From: Trichoplax sp. H2
Lineage: Eukaryota
Assembly: GCA_003344405.1 (NCBI GenBank)
Contig: NOWV01000251.1
Span: 62,001 to 89,972, forward strand
Length of the DNA: 27,972 bases
Reading direction: 5' to 3'
A program made the position numbers and the translations under genes. Numbering within the stretch: position 1 is the stretch's first letter; each line of letters begins with the position of its first letter. Positions 24,976 through 27,972 of the stretch are shown one piece after another. The notes under the pieces were generated by a model. The model had not been told where the DNA came from, made no database searches, and worked only from the letters and a program-made list of their open reading frames with translations.

Positions 24976-27634
24976 ATGTTTGGTTTTAGCAACATGCTTA
25001 AAATAGAATTTTGTAACGGTATCTGTTGCTTGATACGTAATACTCCTACTATAATGGAAATGGTAAATTTCATATTACTTGTAATCTTTCTGGGTCGCTA
25101 TCAGCAGGCTTACATCACTGATATAACAGGAGGAAACGTAACCGGACCATCAATGAACGAAGAAAAGACAAGAGTTTCTTATGCAATACTGTCGCTTTTA
25201 TTTATTCTTGCTCTAATCATTGTCGCTACAATGCATATAATGGAAAGCTTGAGAATCTATAAGAGTGCGAATGACAAGTTAATACGATCAAGGTATACAA
25301 TTCGAAAGTACTGAAGCTTAGCATATTTGATTCAGTTACCTTTGAGCCACACTTTGCTTAATAAAGACGACATTTACTTTTCAAAACGTACCTCAAACTC
25401 CTAACGTATAATAATATTTGCCTTTTACAGTAATTCCTCTGAATATCGGAACGTATTAAAAAATGAAGAAATCACTTTTCTAGAACTATTTACACTAAAT
25501 GGATCACAAATTTGTGGAAGTCGTCTTTCAATTTTAACCATTCGAAACATTTTATCAGTTGCTGTAACCATCTGGCACATCTTAAATATTGTGCAGCTTA
25601 CTGTGAGAATGTCAGACTGCCAAAATCTAACTTTCATGATCAAGTATAAAGTTTCAGAATTTATGGCGTTAGCAAATTTATCATATTTATCACATATATT
25701 GAACTCGAACATGAAAGAGTCGAACTTTCAAAAGGATTTTACGTTCTGTAAAGAATGGCTAGAGAAAGTGAAAATTGTATGGATAAACATTTATTTGGCA
25801 GCAGTTCTATCCATCAATGCTTATTTTGTATTAAATAATAACAATTCGAAAAAGTCTTTGGAGGACATGGCAGACTATATTCCAATTAATATATTGTATA
25901 ACTCACTTTCATCAGCAGCGTTTTCGATTGTGTTCATTTTGCAAATGGAAAAACTCTGCAAATCTAAAGATCAAGCATTAACTTCACTTCTTGAAAGCTA
26001 TAATATACTTCAGGAACAGTTCAATAAATTTACGAATTCATTGAATACCGATGATTTCTCGTTCGCGGTTATTGGAACTAAAGCCAAACCGCAAGGTAAT
26101 TGTATACTGATATTGTGAGGCTGATAGATCAAGAATCTTCAAAACTTTAGAAAATTAAGATTTATTGAACAAAACCTCGTTTACGAAGATACAACGTAAT
26201 CGATTAGCTGAGGACCTCTAACGAGAAAGAACTATCTCACTATACTAATCTTGCAGATATATACAGATATATATCGTTGCATAAGTAAATGGGGATACAT
26301 GTACAGTTCAGTAGCCCTGATCATTTTGCATACATTACTTTATACACTTCATTTAAGCGGTCCTACTGATACATTAGACATGTATTGACATATCTAAAAA
26401 AAAATAAAGAAACAGTCCAATCTCACGCGAAACATAATTTCTCGCGCTGGGATGATGCAGGACCCAAATTTGATTTGTGCCGCGTGAGATTGGACTATTT
26501 CTTTATTTTTTTTAGATATGTCAATACATGTCTAATGTATCAGTAGGACAGCTTAAACGAAGTGTATAAAGTAATTTATGCAAAATGATCAGGGCTAATG
26601 TACAGTACAGTAGCTTAAACTTGTGAGGTTTTGAGTTAAGTTTTTAAGACATTAAAAGTACAAGCCACCACAATCTTTTCTATGACATTATCTTAATATG
26701 ATAACATTCATTAAATTTTCTATATTGGGTGTGGATGTACTACAGTATATGGGTTGAATGTGATCGAATGCATCAAATTAACTTGAACTACCGGTACTGT
26801 ATCACATCATAATTTAGGGTAGTGACATACGTAGTAGTATTGGATATCATTTTGCACCCTACACGCATACTTGCTGACATACCACAATTAGTCAGATATC
26901 AGTTGCATTAATGCAAATAGGTATTACCATTGGTAGTTTGTATCAATTTTATAATGCAGTATCTATATGCTATTATAGGGAATGAAGAGATTGTCAATAT
27001 AGATTCTTTCGGTGGAATGGATCAGATCAGGAACCTAATCCTATCAAATTCTCAAGAAACGCTTCCAAACCACGAAATCAAACGATCTATAAAATTTAGT
27101 TCCTTTGTTATTTCGTTTTTCTACTGCAGCATTTGTGGTGACTTTACTTTGAAAGCGCAGATTCAGGTTGTTGCTAATAATAGCCATTTAGAGTTAAAAA
27201 AACGTAAAAAGGATATAGTTCAACAGCTTATAAAGCACTGTGATATTCGTAACGCTATTCAAAAGTTAGTGCGAAGGCTGCAAGAAAACCTATATACAGA
27301 AGATAAAGATAAGATAGAAATTGCTAAAATATTTTTACTCGAACAAATTGGTGACGGCTGTAATGCAGTAAAATTGCTACTCCTTGGAATACCTCTTATT
27401 CATTGTGTTTTCCTTTTAGTATACCTAGAAGTGGTTGTATGGCATTACACATTCAACTCCTCAGAGTGGTTTTATTATAAAGCTGCGATTTTTACATGGT
27501 ACATACCATGCACAATTTTTCTTTGTGCTATATGGGATAGCAGGATTAGCCGAGATTCGAGCTTGGTTCGGTGCCAAAAGATGTGGAAATGGATTAATGA
27601 AAGAGCACAAGAAATTGAAACTAATGAAGTGTGA
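24976..27634 (+). CDS. Multi-pass membrane protein, GRL/7TMIC-like family copy D (545 aa to the first stop; probable degenerate TM7 exons downstream)
   Basis: join(24976-25292,25431-26095,26979-27634), 1638 nt, open, GT-AG introns in phases 2 and 1 (ctaac branch point at 25401). About 8 hydrophobic segments with a long hydrophilic loop between the 6th and 7th. Start supported by paralog B. A probable phase-0 intron 27629-27698 leads to YRDCRLLAMCSIMY, like the 14-codon exon of A and C. Confidence 0.75.
26309..26600. mobile_element. Tc1/mariner-type MITE (292 bp) with about 120-bp terminal inverted repeats, in intron 2 of copy D
   Basis: 26309-26429 is the reverse complement of 26481-26600 with 5 substitutions and one A-run indel; 51-bp spacer; consensus ends CAGTAGCCCTG...CAGGGCTACTG; TA on the right flank, TT on the left. 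Confidence 0.9.
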
Positions 27635-27972
27635 CTATAAATGTACTTACAGACCCAATGCCTAGCTTATCGCCAATGCTTGCTGTAATGTAACTTAGTA
27701 TCGTGATTGTAGATTGTTAGCCATGTGTAGTATAATGTACGGTACATATTTATCCTAAGAGATATTTGGTAGCTGTAACTATAGACTGTAGTGGTAGAGA
27801 CTCTATGCTAGAGTACAGATGACTATATACAGTAAGCTGTTGAGTTACTAATATGGCTATAGGTAAAAATAGAACTGTAAATCATATATTAGGATATGGT
27901 TAATTCATTGTACTTTGGCTGGTGTGAATAATGTCTACGTAAGTACTGTAGTCGTATCCATATTGGATTAAT

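Noticed and set aside
25425..27665. ORFs 25425-25712 (-) and 27435-27665 (+), and the TTG start at 26930
   Set aside because: Antisense or off-frame overlaps of copy D; 26930-26978 is intronic given the phase-1 acceptor at 26977-26978.
27820..27822. TGA as selenocysteine or programmed readthrough
   Set aside because: Aligns with a conserved Gly rather than Cys, more stops follow, and no SECIS is visible.

Overview
AT-rich, intron-dense animal DNA; the many short GT-AG introns and intron positions shared with vertebrates suggest a placozoan (Trichoplax-like) genome, which is an inference. 1-6900 holds no coding sequence I can support. An unidentified minus-strand ORF (6949-7308, weakly FGF-like) is head-to-head with a complete 49-exon WDR19/IFT144 gene (7769-18163, about 1348 aa). 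From 18.5 kb to the end, the scattered short ORFs resolve into four paralogous multi-pass membrane protein loci: three minus-strand pseudogenes or fragments (A, B, C) and one largely intact plus-strand copy (D). Their C-termini match the gustatory-receptor-like (GRL / 7TM ion channel) TM7 signature, and they seem to carry two extra transmembrane helices. The cluster is also rich in transposon relics: a Tc1/mariner-type MITE, arrays of TACAGTA/TACTGTA footprint-like units, three mini-Helitrons, a Helitron helicase fragment, and a solo LTR with heat-shock elements ending 33 bp before the ATG of copy D. All alignments were done by eye; no searches were run.
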